This document shows, piece after piece, positions 1 through 11,320 of a stretch of DNA of 64,000 bases. The position numbers were made by a program, and so were the translations under genes. The notes under the pieces are model-generated. The model was not told the origin of the DNA and ran no database searches. It saw only the letters and a program-made list of their open reading frames with translations. The DNA is from Escherichia coli (GTDB lineage Bacteria; Pseudomonadota; Gammaproteobacteria; Enterobacterales; Enterobacteriaceae), in the NCBI RefSeq assembly GCF_003334785.1, contig NZ_QOWV01000004.1. One strand, given 5' to 3'. The stretch's first letter is position 1. Each line of letters begins with the position of its first letter.

Positions 1-621
1 TGGAACGCGGGCGGCGTGGAACTGTACCTGACCGGTGATGCCAACGACTATGTCGGTAAAGGCATGGCGGGCGGCTTAATCGCCATTCGTCCTCCGGTTG
101 GTTCCGCCTTCCGCAGCCATGAAGCAAGCATTATCGGCAACACCTGCCTGTATGGCGCGACCGGTGGTCGTCTGTATGCCGCAGGCCGCGCGGGTGAACG
201 TTTCGGCGTGCGTAACTCCGGTGCTATCACCGTGGTAGAAGGCATTGGCGACAACGGTTGTGAATATATGACGGGTGGTATCGTCTGCATTCTGGGTAAA
301 ACCGGCGTTAACTTCGGTGCGGGCATGACCGGCGGTTTCGCTTACGTTCTCGATGAAAGCGGCGATTTCCGCAAACGCGTTAACCCGGAACTGGTCGAGG
401 TCTTAAGCGTTGACGCTCTGGCGATCCATGAAGAGCATCTGCGTGGTCTTATCACCGAGCATGTGCAGCATACCGGCTCTCAGCGCGGTGAAGAGATTCT
501 GGCGAACTGGTCAACCTTCGCCACTAAATTTGCGCTGGTTAAACCGAAGTCCAGTGATGTAAAAGCACTGCTGGGTCACCGTAGTCGTAGCGCAGCTGAG
601 TTGCGCGTGCAGGCGCAGTAA
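1..621 (+). CDS. gltB: Glutamate synthase large subunit, C-terminal fragment (5' end outside window)
   Basis: Open frame from position 1 to stop at 621; GXGXG-rich C-terminal domain; followed 12 nt later by gltD. Confidence 0.9.
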   Translation, partial: WNAGGVELYLTGDANDYVGKGMAGGLIAIRPPVGSAFRSHEASIIGNTCLYGATGGRLYAAGRAGERFGVRNSGAITVVEGIGDNGCEYMTGGIVCILGKTGVNFGAGMTGGFAYVLDESGDFRKRVNPELVEVLSVDALAIHEEHLRGLITEHVQHTGSQRGEEILANWSTFATKFALVKPKSSDVKALLGHRSRSAAELRVQAQ

Positions 622-2052
<1,431 letters not shown>

Positions 2053-2067
2053 GCGAGGTAACAATGA

Positions 2068-2092
2068 ATTCGCCAGACTGTGTCTGGCGAAT
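2068..2092. repeat. Solo palindrome ATTCGCCAGAC-tgtg-TCTGGCGAAT, same family as the yhcG repeats
   Basis: Near-perfect inverted repeat read directly 15 nt after gltD stop; not followed by a T-run. Confidence 0.6.
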
Positions 2093-2611
2093 CAAATTAC
2101 TGACGAAGTGCGCGTTGTTTTCTGGCAAATGCGGCATGAGCGTTTGACCTTTCCTATAATAGGGATAATTTTCAATAAATTGTGCTTTGTTCACCAAGTC
2201 TGATGAGTGAAGCACATCAAGCAATTTCTCATTTACAATCCGTCTCAATTACTTGTTAACACCTCTGACAATACCGATTCTGCAAGCTATTCAGTCTTTT
2301 CATTCCATGTAAATTGTCTCGATATTAATATACAAAATATGAATATAAAAAACCAATATATTATCCTTAATTATCTATATATTTTCCTATTTTTCAGCGC
2401 AAACATTCATGTAATGAATAATTATCACCACAAACCACCTCACCAGCACCTTATTATTCACATGATCGTAACTATAAAATTCATTAAATAAATACATCCC
2501 AGCAAGTTGGCTATTTCTGAACGAGTTATTTATTTACATTCACAAACAGATATATATACTGCTTCAGCTTTTTATTTTAAAAAATAAATTTGTTATTAAG
2601 GATATGTTCAT

Positions 2612-3376
2612 ATGTTTTTCAAAAAGAACCTCACAACAGCTGCTATTTGTGCAGCACTTTCTGTTGCAGCATTCAGTGCCATGGCAACAGATTCAACTGA
2701 TACAGAATTAACTATCATCGGCGAGTATACCCCTGGTGCATGTACCCCAGTTGTTACGGGCGGCGGCATTGTTGACTATGGGAAACATCATAACAGTGCG
2801 CTGAATCCGACCGGTAAAAGTAATAAACTGGTTCAACTGGGCCGCAAAAACAGCACATTAAATATAACCTGCACAGCACCAACGCTAATTGCTGTAACCT
2901 CCAAGGATAACCGTCAGTCGACCATTGTAGCGTTAAACGACACATCCTATATTGAAAAAGCTTATGATACTCTCGTAGATATGAAGGGAACGAAAAACGC
3001 CTTTGGTTTAGGTTCTGCGCCTAATGGACAAAAAATTGGCGCTGCATCCATTGGTATTGACAGGTCTAATGGTGGGATTCACGCGGCGGACGATACAGGT
3101 GAAATTCCTGTCGACCTGATTCAAACTGACCACTGGTCAGCAGCGACCCCCACATGGAAAGCCTCATCTAATGGCGCATTCTGCTCGCTGACAAGTTGCT
3201 CAGCAATCGAGCGCGGTTATTCTGTTGCAAAAACAGGGGAACTGACACCTGTTGCCATTACAGCGGTCACCTTCCCGTTACTGATTGATGCTGCGGTAAA
3301 TGACAATACTATTCTTGGTTCTGATGAAACGATCAAACTGGATGGTAACGTCACTATCAGCGTTCAGTATTTATAA
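2612..3376 (+). CDS. gltF: Fimbrial-like secreted protein (DUF1120 type), first gene of yhc chaperone-usher cluster
   Basis: ATG with AAGGA SD; N-terminal signal peptide; C-terminal ...VTISVQYL resembling YhcF C-terminus; 500-bp AT-rich upstream region. Confidence 0.85.
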   Translation: MFFKKNLTTAAICAALSVAAFSAMATDSTDTELTIIGEYTPGACTPVVTGGGIVDYGKHHNSALNPTGKSNKLVQLGRKNSTLNITCTAPTLIAVTSKDNRQSTIVALNDTSYIEKAYDTLVDMKGTKNAFGLGSAPNGQKIGAASIGIDRSNGGIHAADDTGEIPVDLIQTDHWSAATPTWKASSNGAFCSLTSCSAIERGYSVAKTGELTPVAITAVTFPLLIDAAVNDNTILGSDETIKLDGNVTISVQYL

Positions 3377-3547
3377 GAACTTGTAATACAGTTTTTATTT
3401 TTACGCATTAACCAGTTAGCTATAACTCGGACAGATTATGCCCTATGACATGGTCTGTCTTAATCAATCTCATCGCAAACAGTGCATAACATATATTAAC
3501 AATATGTTTCTGCGTTATTTATCATTATTACAGGAGTTTTAATTTAA

Positions 3548-4222
3548 ATGCTCAGACACATTACATTCACTGTATTTATAACAACATCAATGAATACCTT
3601 AGCCACAGGGATGGTTCCTGAAACATCAGTATTGCTGGTTGATGAAAAGCGTGGTGAAGCTAGTATTAATATTAAGAATACAGATGATCATCCTTCATTG
3701 CTTTACACCACCATTGTTGATTTGCCTGAAAGCAATAAATCAATTCGTTTAATCCCGACTCAGCCCGTTATTCGTGTTGAAGCCGGTCAAGTACAACAGG
3801 TTCGATTTTTACTTCAGGCGACTGTTCCTCTGCAATCAGAAGAGCTGAAACGCGTAACGTTCGAAGGTATTCCACCAAAAGATGACAAGAGCAGCAGAGT
3901 TACTGTTTCAATTCGTCAGGATCTACCTGTACTGATCCACCCGGCTTCCCTGCCGGAAGAGCGAGAGACCTGGAAATTCCTGGAATGGCGTAAAAATGGC
4001 GACCAAATTGAGATTAGCAACCCCAGTAATTATGTCGTTCGTATGACCTTACAATTTAAAACGCTCCCTTCAGGAAAAACGGGGGCTATAAATAAGACCT
4101 ATTTTCTACCACACACCAGTACAACTACTGCATTAACAAACGCTACGGATACAAAAGTCGAGTTTTACCCAGCCAGCCGATATGGTTATCGCGGTAATAA
4201 ATATGTCACTGACTTAAAATAA
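3548..4222 (+). CDS. yhcA: Periplasmic fimbrial chaperone (PapD-like), 224 aa
   Basis: ORF with signal peptide; position between fimbrial subunit and usher. Confidence 0.85.
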   Translation: MLRHITFTVFITTSMNTLATGMVPETSVLLVDEKRGEASINIKNTDDHPSLLYTTIVDLPESNKSIRLIPTQPVIRVEAGQVQQVRFLLQATVPLQSEELKRVTFEGIPPKDDKSSRVTVSIRQDLPVLIHPASLPEERETWKFLEWRKNGDQIEISNPSNYVVRMTLQFKTLPSGKTGAINKTYFLPHTSTTTALTNATDTKVEFYPASRYGYRGNKYVTDLK

Positions 4223-4242
4223 CTTTGCCTGGAGCGACAAGG

Positions 4243-6624
4243 ATGTTAAAAAAAACGTTACTGGCCTACACCATTGGTTTTGCCTTTTCTCCCCCAGCCA
4301 ATGCAGATGGTATAGAGATTGCCGCTGTTGATTTTGATCGGGAAACATTAAAATCACTAGGTGTAGATCCTAATATATCGCATTATTTTTCCCGTTCAGC
4401 CCGTTTTTTGCCAGGTGAATATTCACTGATAGTATCAGTAAATGGCGAAAAAAAAGGCAACATTGCTACGCGCTTTGATGAAAATGGCGACATTTGTCTT
4501 GATCAGGCATTTCTGCAACAAGCCGGTTTAAAAATTCCTTCTGAAGAAAAAAATGGCTGTTACGACTATATATTGTCCTACCCGGGTACCACAATCACAC
4601 CATTACCTAACCAGGAAGCGTTAGATATTATCGTTTCACCACAGGCGATCATTCCCATAGGGTTGGATCTCACAAACGCAGCAACTGGTGGAACAGCTGC
4701 GCTGCTAAACTACTCTCTGATGAGCAGCCGTGCAGAATTTTCTAATGGGAGTTCGGACTACTCCCAGGCTGCACTTGAAGGCGGGATTAATATTAATGAC
4801 TGGATGTTACGCAGCCATCAGTTCCTTACACAAACAAATGGCACATTCAGTAACCAGAACTCGTCAACCTACCTTCAACGTACCTTTACAGATCTTAAAA
4901 CACTCATGCGAGCAGGTGAAGTTAACCTCAATAATAGCGTGTTGGAAGGAGCCAGTATTTACGGTATCGAAATCGCACCGGACAACGCATTGCAAACCAG
5001 CGGCAATGGTGTGCAAGTTACTGGTATAGCCAACACCTCTCAGGCTCGTGTCGAGATTCGTCAACAAGGAGTTTTAATTCATTCCATTCTGGTTCCTGCG
5101 GGCGCATTCACTATCCCTGATGTACCTGTTCGCAATGGTAATAGTGATCTTAATGTCACCGTTGTCGAAACAGACGGTAGTTCGCACAACTATATTGTTC
5201 CCTCCACCCTGTTTAATCAGCATGTAGAAAGCTTCCAGGGTTATCGCTTCGCGATAGGGCGGGTAGACGATGACTATGACGAATCACCTTGGGTAATTAG
5301 TGCATCGAGCGGATGGAATCTGACACGCTGGAGTGCAATGAACGGCGGCGTTATCGTAGCAGAAAATTATCAGGCGGCATCAATCCGGTCGAGTCTGGTT
5401 CCCCTGCCCGATTTAACAGTGAGCAGCCAAATTAGTACATCGCAGGATACGAAAGACTCACTGCAAGGACAGAAATATCGTCTTGACGCGAACTACAATC
5501 TCCCATTTTCACTTGGGCTAACAACCAGCCTCACTCGATCTGATCGCCATTATCGCGAACTGTCTGAAGCGATTGATGATGATTATACCGATCCGACTAA
5601 AAGCACTTATGCGCTTGGTTTAAACTGGTCTAACTCCATTCTGGGTGGTTTCAACATCAGTGGCTATAAAACATATAGTTACGACGGTGACAATGACTCA
5701 AGCAACCTTAATATTAACTGGAACAAAGCGTTCAAACACGCCACGGTTTCCGTCAACTGGCAGCATCAACTTAGTGCTTCAGAAAATAATGAAGACGATG
5801 GTGATCTGTTCTACGTCAACATCAGTATTCCATTTGGCAGATCAAACACCGCCACACTGTATACTCGCCATGACGATCATAAAACCCACTATGGTACTGG
5901 TGTCATGGGAGTCGTCTCAGATGAGATGTCCTACTATGTGAATGCTGAACGAGATCACGACGAACGTGAAACGAGCTTGAACGGCAGTATCAGTTCCAAT
6001 CTCCATTACACCCAAGTCAGCCTTGCCGCAGGAGCAAGCGGCAGTGATAGCCGTACTTACAACGGTACGATGTCAGGTGGTATTGCCGTACATGATCAGG
6101 GAGTGACCTTTTCACCGTGGACTATCAATGACACTTTCGCCATCGCAAAAATGGATAACAATATTGCAGGTGTCAGAATTACATCTCAGGCAGGCCCAGT
6201 ATGGACAGATTTTCGGGGTAATGCCGTCATTCCATCAATCCAGCCGTGGCGAACATCAGGAGTTGAGATCGATACCGCCAGCTTGCCAAAAAATGTCGAT
6301 ATCGGTAACGGCACAAAAATGATCAAACAAGGCCGTGGTGCAGTAGGGAAAGTCGGATTCAGTGCGATAACACAACGCCGTGCATTACTCAATATCACAC
6401 TTTCCGACGGCAAAAAACTGCCCAGAGGCGTTGCGATTGAAGATAGTGAAGGCAACTATCTGACAACATCAGTGGATGACGGTGTTGTATTCCTCAATAA
6501 CATCAAACCGGACATGGTGCTAGATATAAAAGATGAGCAGCAATCATGCCGTATTCACCTTACATTCCCAGAAGATGCACCAAAAGATGTGTTCTATGAG
6601 ACAGCAACAGGAGAGTGCCAATGA
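4243..6624 (+). CDS. yhcD: Outer-membrane fimbrial usher, about 793 aa
   Basis: Large ORF; start trimmed from TTG at 4225 to ATG at 4243 preceded by GGAG; usher-like size and composition. Confidence 0.85.
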   Translation: MLKKTLLAYTIGFAFSPPANADGIEIAAVDFDRETLKSLGVDPNISHYFSRSARFLPGEYSLIVSVNGEKKGNIATRFDENGDICLDQAFLQQAGLKIPSEEKNGCYDYILSYPGTTITPLPNQEALDIIVSPQAIIPIGLDLTNAATGGTAALLNYSLMSSRAEFSNGSSDYSQAALEGGININDWMLRSHQFLTQTNGTFSNQNSSTYLQRTFTDLKTLMRAGEVNLNNSVLEGASIYGIEIAPDNALQTSGNGVQVTGIANTSQARVEIRQQGVLIHSILVPAGAFTIPDVPVRNGNSDLNVTVVETDGSSHNYIVPSTLFNQHVESFQGYRFAIGRVDDDYDESPWVISASSGWNLTRWSAMNGGVIVAENYQAASIRSSLVPLPDLTVSSQISTSQDTKDSLQGQKYRLDANYNLPFSLGLTTSLTRSDRHYRELSEAIDDDYTDPTKSTYALGLNWSNSILGGFNISGYKTYSYDGDNDSSNLNINWNKAFKHATVSVNWQHQLSASENNEDDGDLFYVNISIPFGRSNTATLYTRHDDHKTHYGTGVMGVVSDEMSYYVNAERDHDERETSLNGSISSNLHYTQVSLAAGASGSDSRTYNGTMSGGIAVHDQGVTFSPWTINDTFAIAKMDNNIAGVRITSQAGPVWTDFRGNAVIPSIQPWRTSGVEIDTASLPKNVDIGNGTKMIKQGRGAVGKVGFSAITQRRALLNITLSDGKKLPRGVAIEDSEGNYLTTSVDDGVVFLNNIKPDMVLDIKDEQQSCRIHLTFPEDAPKDVFYETATGECQ

Positions 6625-7166
6625 AACGGATAATAACAGGATGCCTGCTGCTGAACTTCGCCATGGCCGCTCAGGCAGAGTGTAATATCTCCAGTAGCAT
6701 ACAAAATATCGACTATGGCAAACGAAGTGCTGCCATGCGCCAAGTTGACCGGGGTAAAACAACACAATTAGCAGACAGAACAATCACGCTGGTAATGCAA
6801 TGCGATCAGGACGCTCATATTCGTGTTCAGTTGAATACCGCTAATATTTCCAACAACGGATTTGGATTTGGCCCGAATGGTTCATTAAATCTGATCGCCA
6901 GCGATGCATTTTCAGGTAGTAACAATCTCGACCTGGCGTTAGCCAGTGGCAAAAATGACAATCCGGGCAGCACAGGAACAGCATCAATTAGTACTTCCCC
7001 CAATAATTGGCTGGTGTTTATGCAAAATGGTCAAGAAGTGGTAATTGATAGCGGTAAAAGCGTTAGCCTCACACTGACAATGGCTCCAGCTTTTAAGGAT
7101 GAAGGGGAACTAACCGACATGACAGATATTACAGGCAATCTGACGGTCCTGGTGGAGGCAAAATGA
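6621..7166 (+). CDS. yhcE: Fimbrial-like protein (DUF1120 type), uninterrupted here
   Basis: ATG at 6621 overlapping yhcD stop (ATGA); signal peptide MKRIITGCLLLNFAMAAQA; AGGAG SD. Confidence 0.75.
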   Translation: MKRIITGCLLLNFAMAAQAECNISSSIQNIDYGKRSAAMRQVDRGKTTQLADRTITLVMQCDQDAHIRVQLNTANISNNGFGFGPNGSLNLIASDAFSGSNNLDLALASGKNDNPGSTGTASISTSPNNWLVFMQNGQEVVIDSGKSVSLTLTMAPAFKDEGELTDMTDITGNLTVLVEAK

Positions 7167-7879
7167 ACAATGTAAAATTACTGATTGCCGGAAGTGCCTT
7201 TTTTGCCATGTCAGCGCAAGCCGCTGATAGAGTATCAATTGACGTTAAGGTGACTCTGGAAGCTGCAGCTTGTACTCCAATACTAAGCAACGGCGGAGTT
7301 GTTAACTTCGGTAGTCATTCAGTCAATAGACTTTCAACGCAGCACTACACACAGATTGGAACACGTAATATTAATATGACTATAACTTGCGAATCCGCTA
7401 CCGGCATTGCGATTACCGCTCGTGATACACGAATGGATAGTATGACCACCGGAAAAGATAGTGGGGGTCAGAGTGGTGTAAAATATACCTTAAATGGCGG
7501 AGGTTATATTAGCCAGACAACGCGCTTATTCGGCTTAGGGAAAACAAAAGATAATAAAAATATCGGTAGTTATGCCGTGTTAATTGATAGCAACAACATT
7601 AGTGCCAGCAATGGTAGCCAGACGTTAGCTGTATCAATAGCAGGTGCAGATGCCGTCATAACAGGGCAAAAAAGAGCATGGCAAACGCTCACCGCTTATC
7701 CGCTTGCAGTCGATCAAAGCTATTATTACACCTTTGTAAAACCAGGTGAAACAACCCCAACTCCTGTAACGAACGCCATTATACCGCTTCAGGTGAGCGC
7801 ATCTATCGCGAATGATTTAGGCGGTTCAGAAAAAATCGAACTTGATGGGAAAGCTGTGATAAGCGTAGTCTACTTGTGA
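7163..7879 (+). CDS. yhcF: Fimbrial-like protein (DUF1120 type), 238 aa
   Basis: ATGA overlap with yhcE; signal peptide; C-terminal ...VISVVYL shared with GltF. Confidence 0.8.
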   Translation: MNNVKLLIAGSAFFAMSAQAADRVSIDVKVTLEAAACTPILSNGGVVNFGSHSVNRLSTQHYTQIGTRNINMTITCESATGIAITARDTRMDSMTTGKDSGGQSGVKYTLNGGGYISQTTRLFGLGKTKDNKNIGSYAVLIDSNNISASNGSQTLAVSIAGADAVITGQKRAWQTLTAYPLAVDQSYYYTFVKPGETTPTPVTNAIIPLQVSASIANDLGGSEKIELDGKAVISVVYL

Positions 7880-8063
7880 TAACAATGCCGGACAGGAGTA
7901 CTATCAGGCATTCGTTTTATACGATCGGTTAATGTTTCAGGAAAGCTCTTCGCATATCTTGGGGAAAGTAAATGTAATACGCTGTTCTTAATTGTTCAGT
8001 GCTCACCCCCCAGAGTATAGCTCATTCCATTATTCAACTTAGCTCCATATAAAGGGACAGATA

Positions 8064-9191
8064 ATGGAATCGCTCTCAGAAGGAACCACAGCAGGCTACC
8101 AGCAAATCCACGACGGTATTATTCATCTGGTCGATAGCGCCCGGACGGAAACGGTACGTAGCGTTAACGCGTTAATGACCGCGACGTACCAGGAAATTGG
8201 CCGACGAATTGTCGAATTTGAACAAGGTGGCGAGGCCAGGGCTGCGTATGGTGCGCAGCTAATCAAGCGACTATCAAAGGATTTATGTCTAAGGTATAAG
8301 CGTGGGTTCTCTGCAAAAAACTTACGCCAAATGAGGCTTTTTTACCTCTTTTTTCAACATGTTGAAATTCGCCAGACAATGTCTGGCGAATTAACACCAT
8401 TGGGAATTCCGCAGACACCGTCTGCAGAATTCCCATCGGCAAAGATTTGGCAGACGCTGTCTGCCAAATCTTTCCCCTTGCCCAGGTCCACCTACGTCCG
8501 TTTACTTTCCGTTAAAAACGCTGACGCCCGCAGCTTTTATGAAAAAGAGACGCTCCGCTGTGGCTGGTCTGTTCGCCAGCTAGAGCGGCAAATTGCGACC
8601 CAGTTTTATGAGCGGACACTACTGTCACATGACAAATCAGCCATGCTGCAACAACACGCTCCTGCCGAGACGCATATTCTTCCGCAACAGGCGATACGCG
8701 ATCCCTTTGTGCTCGAATTTCTGGAATTGAAAGATGAATATTCAGAATCCGATTTTGAGGAGGCGCTGATCAACCACCTGATGGATTTCATGCTGGAACT
8801 TGGGGATGATTTTGCCTTTGTTGGTCGGCAGCGAAGGTTACGCATTGATGACAACTGGTTTCGTGTCGATCTGCTGTTTTTCCACCGCCGTTTACGCTGC
8901 CTGCTAATCGTCGATCTAAAAGTGGGCAAATTCAGCTATAGCGATGCCGGACAGATGAATATGTATCTCAACTACGCCAAAGAGCACTGGACGCTACCGG
9001 ATGAAAATCCGCCCATCGGTCTGGTTCTCTGTGCAGAGAAAGGAGCCGGAGAAGCGCATTATGCTCTGGCAGGTTTGCCTAACACCGTTCTGGCAAGCGA
9101 ATATAAGATGCAACTACCTGATGAGAAACGACTCGCAGATGAACTCGTTCGAACACAGGCGGTGCTAGAGGAAGGCTATAGACGCCGTTAA
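8064..9191 (+). CDS. yhcG: DUF1016 / PD-(D/E)XK nuclease-superfamily protein, 375 aa
   Basis: ORF 375 aa; C-terminal region has candidate D ... (I/V)DLK PD-(D/E)XK motif (RVDLLFF ... LIVDLKVGK); contains in-frame 39-bp repeats. Confidence 0.85.
   Translation: MESLSEGTTAGYQQIHDGIIHLVDSARTETVRSVNALMTATYQEIGRRIVEFEQGGEARAAYGAQLIKRLSKDLCLRYKRGFSAKNLRQMRLFYLFFQHVEIRQTMSGELTPLGIPQTPSAEFPSAKIWQTLSAKSFPLPRSTYVRLLSVKNADARSFYEKETLRCGWSVRQLERQIATQFYERTLLSHDKSAMLQQHAPAETHILPQQAIRDPFVLEFLELKDEYSESDFEEALINHLMDFMLELGDDFAFVGRQRRLRIDDNWFRVDLLFFHRRLRCLLIVDLKVGKFSYSDAGQMNMYLNYAKEHWTLPDENPPIGLVLCAEKGAGEAHYALAGLPNTVLASEYKMQLPDEKRLADELVRTQAVLEEGYRRR
8360..8480. repeat. 3x tandem 39-bp repeat, each unit carrying a 13-15 bp-arm palindrome (core CAGAC-N-GTCTG), in frame inside yhcG
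   Basis: CAGAC cores at 8373, 8412, 8451 (39-bp period); palindromes 8366-8392, 8402-8434, 8441-8473; encodes three 13-residue peptide repeats (x-I-x-Q-T-x-S...). Confidence 0.75.
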
Positions 9192-9204
9192 TTTCAGCGG
9201 TTTC

Positions 9205-9232
9205 GAATTCTGCAGACAGTGTCTGCAGAATC
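9205..9232. repeat. Solo palindrome GAATTCTGCAGAC-ag-tGTCTGCAGAAT, same family
   Basis: Inverted repeat read directly, 14 nt after yhcG stop. Confidence 0.6.
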
Positions 9233-9250
9233 TTTAAAACGAACTAAGTT

Positions 9251-10583
<1,333 letters not shown>

Positions 10584-10587
<4 letters not shown>

Positions 10588-11273
10588 AGCACCGCCTTTT
10601 TCATCGCTGTGTTGTACCACTGACAAATGTGCTCAAGACGCGTGATTGCAGAACCGACCGTCACCGCCCACGCGCCGTGGCGCATCGCATCCGCCGCCTG
10701 AGCAGGCGTGTTGTAACGCCCTTCGGCAATCACCCGACATCCGGCGTCGCTCAACGTTTTCACCAGCGCCAGATCCGGCTCTTCTGGCGTTTCAGGCGTG
10801 GTATAGCCAGAAAGCGTAGTGCCAATAATTTCGGCTCCCAGCTTTTGGCATGCCAGGCCGTCTTCCGGCGTTGAGCAGTCGGTCATCGCCAGTAAACCGT
10901 GATGGTGAATACGTGCCAGCAGCGTTTCAACAGGCACCGGACGCGGGCGGTCGGTGCCGTCAATGGCGATAATGTCCGCGCCCGCCTGCGCCAGCGCATC
11001 AACATCTTCAATATAGGCCGTGATGCGTACCGGAGAATCCTCCAGATCGCGTTTCACAATTCCAATAATCGGCACGCTCACCACCGCACGCGTGGCTTGC
11101 AGATTTGCCACACCTTCAATGCGAATGGCAACCGCGCCCGCCTGTTCTGCCGCTAATGCCATGGCGGCGACGATTTCGGGTTTATCGAGCGGGCTGTCCG
11201 GAACCGGCTGGCAGGAGACAATCAGGCCACCGTTAGCAGCGATTTTTTGATCCAGTTGTGCAAGTAACGACAT
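10584..11273 (-). CDS. nanE: N-acetylmannosamine-6-phosphate 2-epimerase, 229 aa
   Basis: Start trimmed to MSLLAQLD with AAGGGAAG SD; operon context. Confidence 0.9.
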
Positions 11274-11320
11274 ACATCTTCCCTTAGCGAAAGGCCCGGT
11301 ACATAGACCGGGCAACAGGA

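Noticed and set aside
2207-2491. 94-aa ORF in the AT-rich region upstream of gltF
   Set aside because: Lies in an extremely AT-rich promoter region; amino-acid composition (Ile/Asn/Tyr/Phe-rich) reflects base composition, with no SD; likely spurious.
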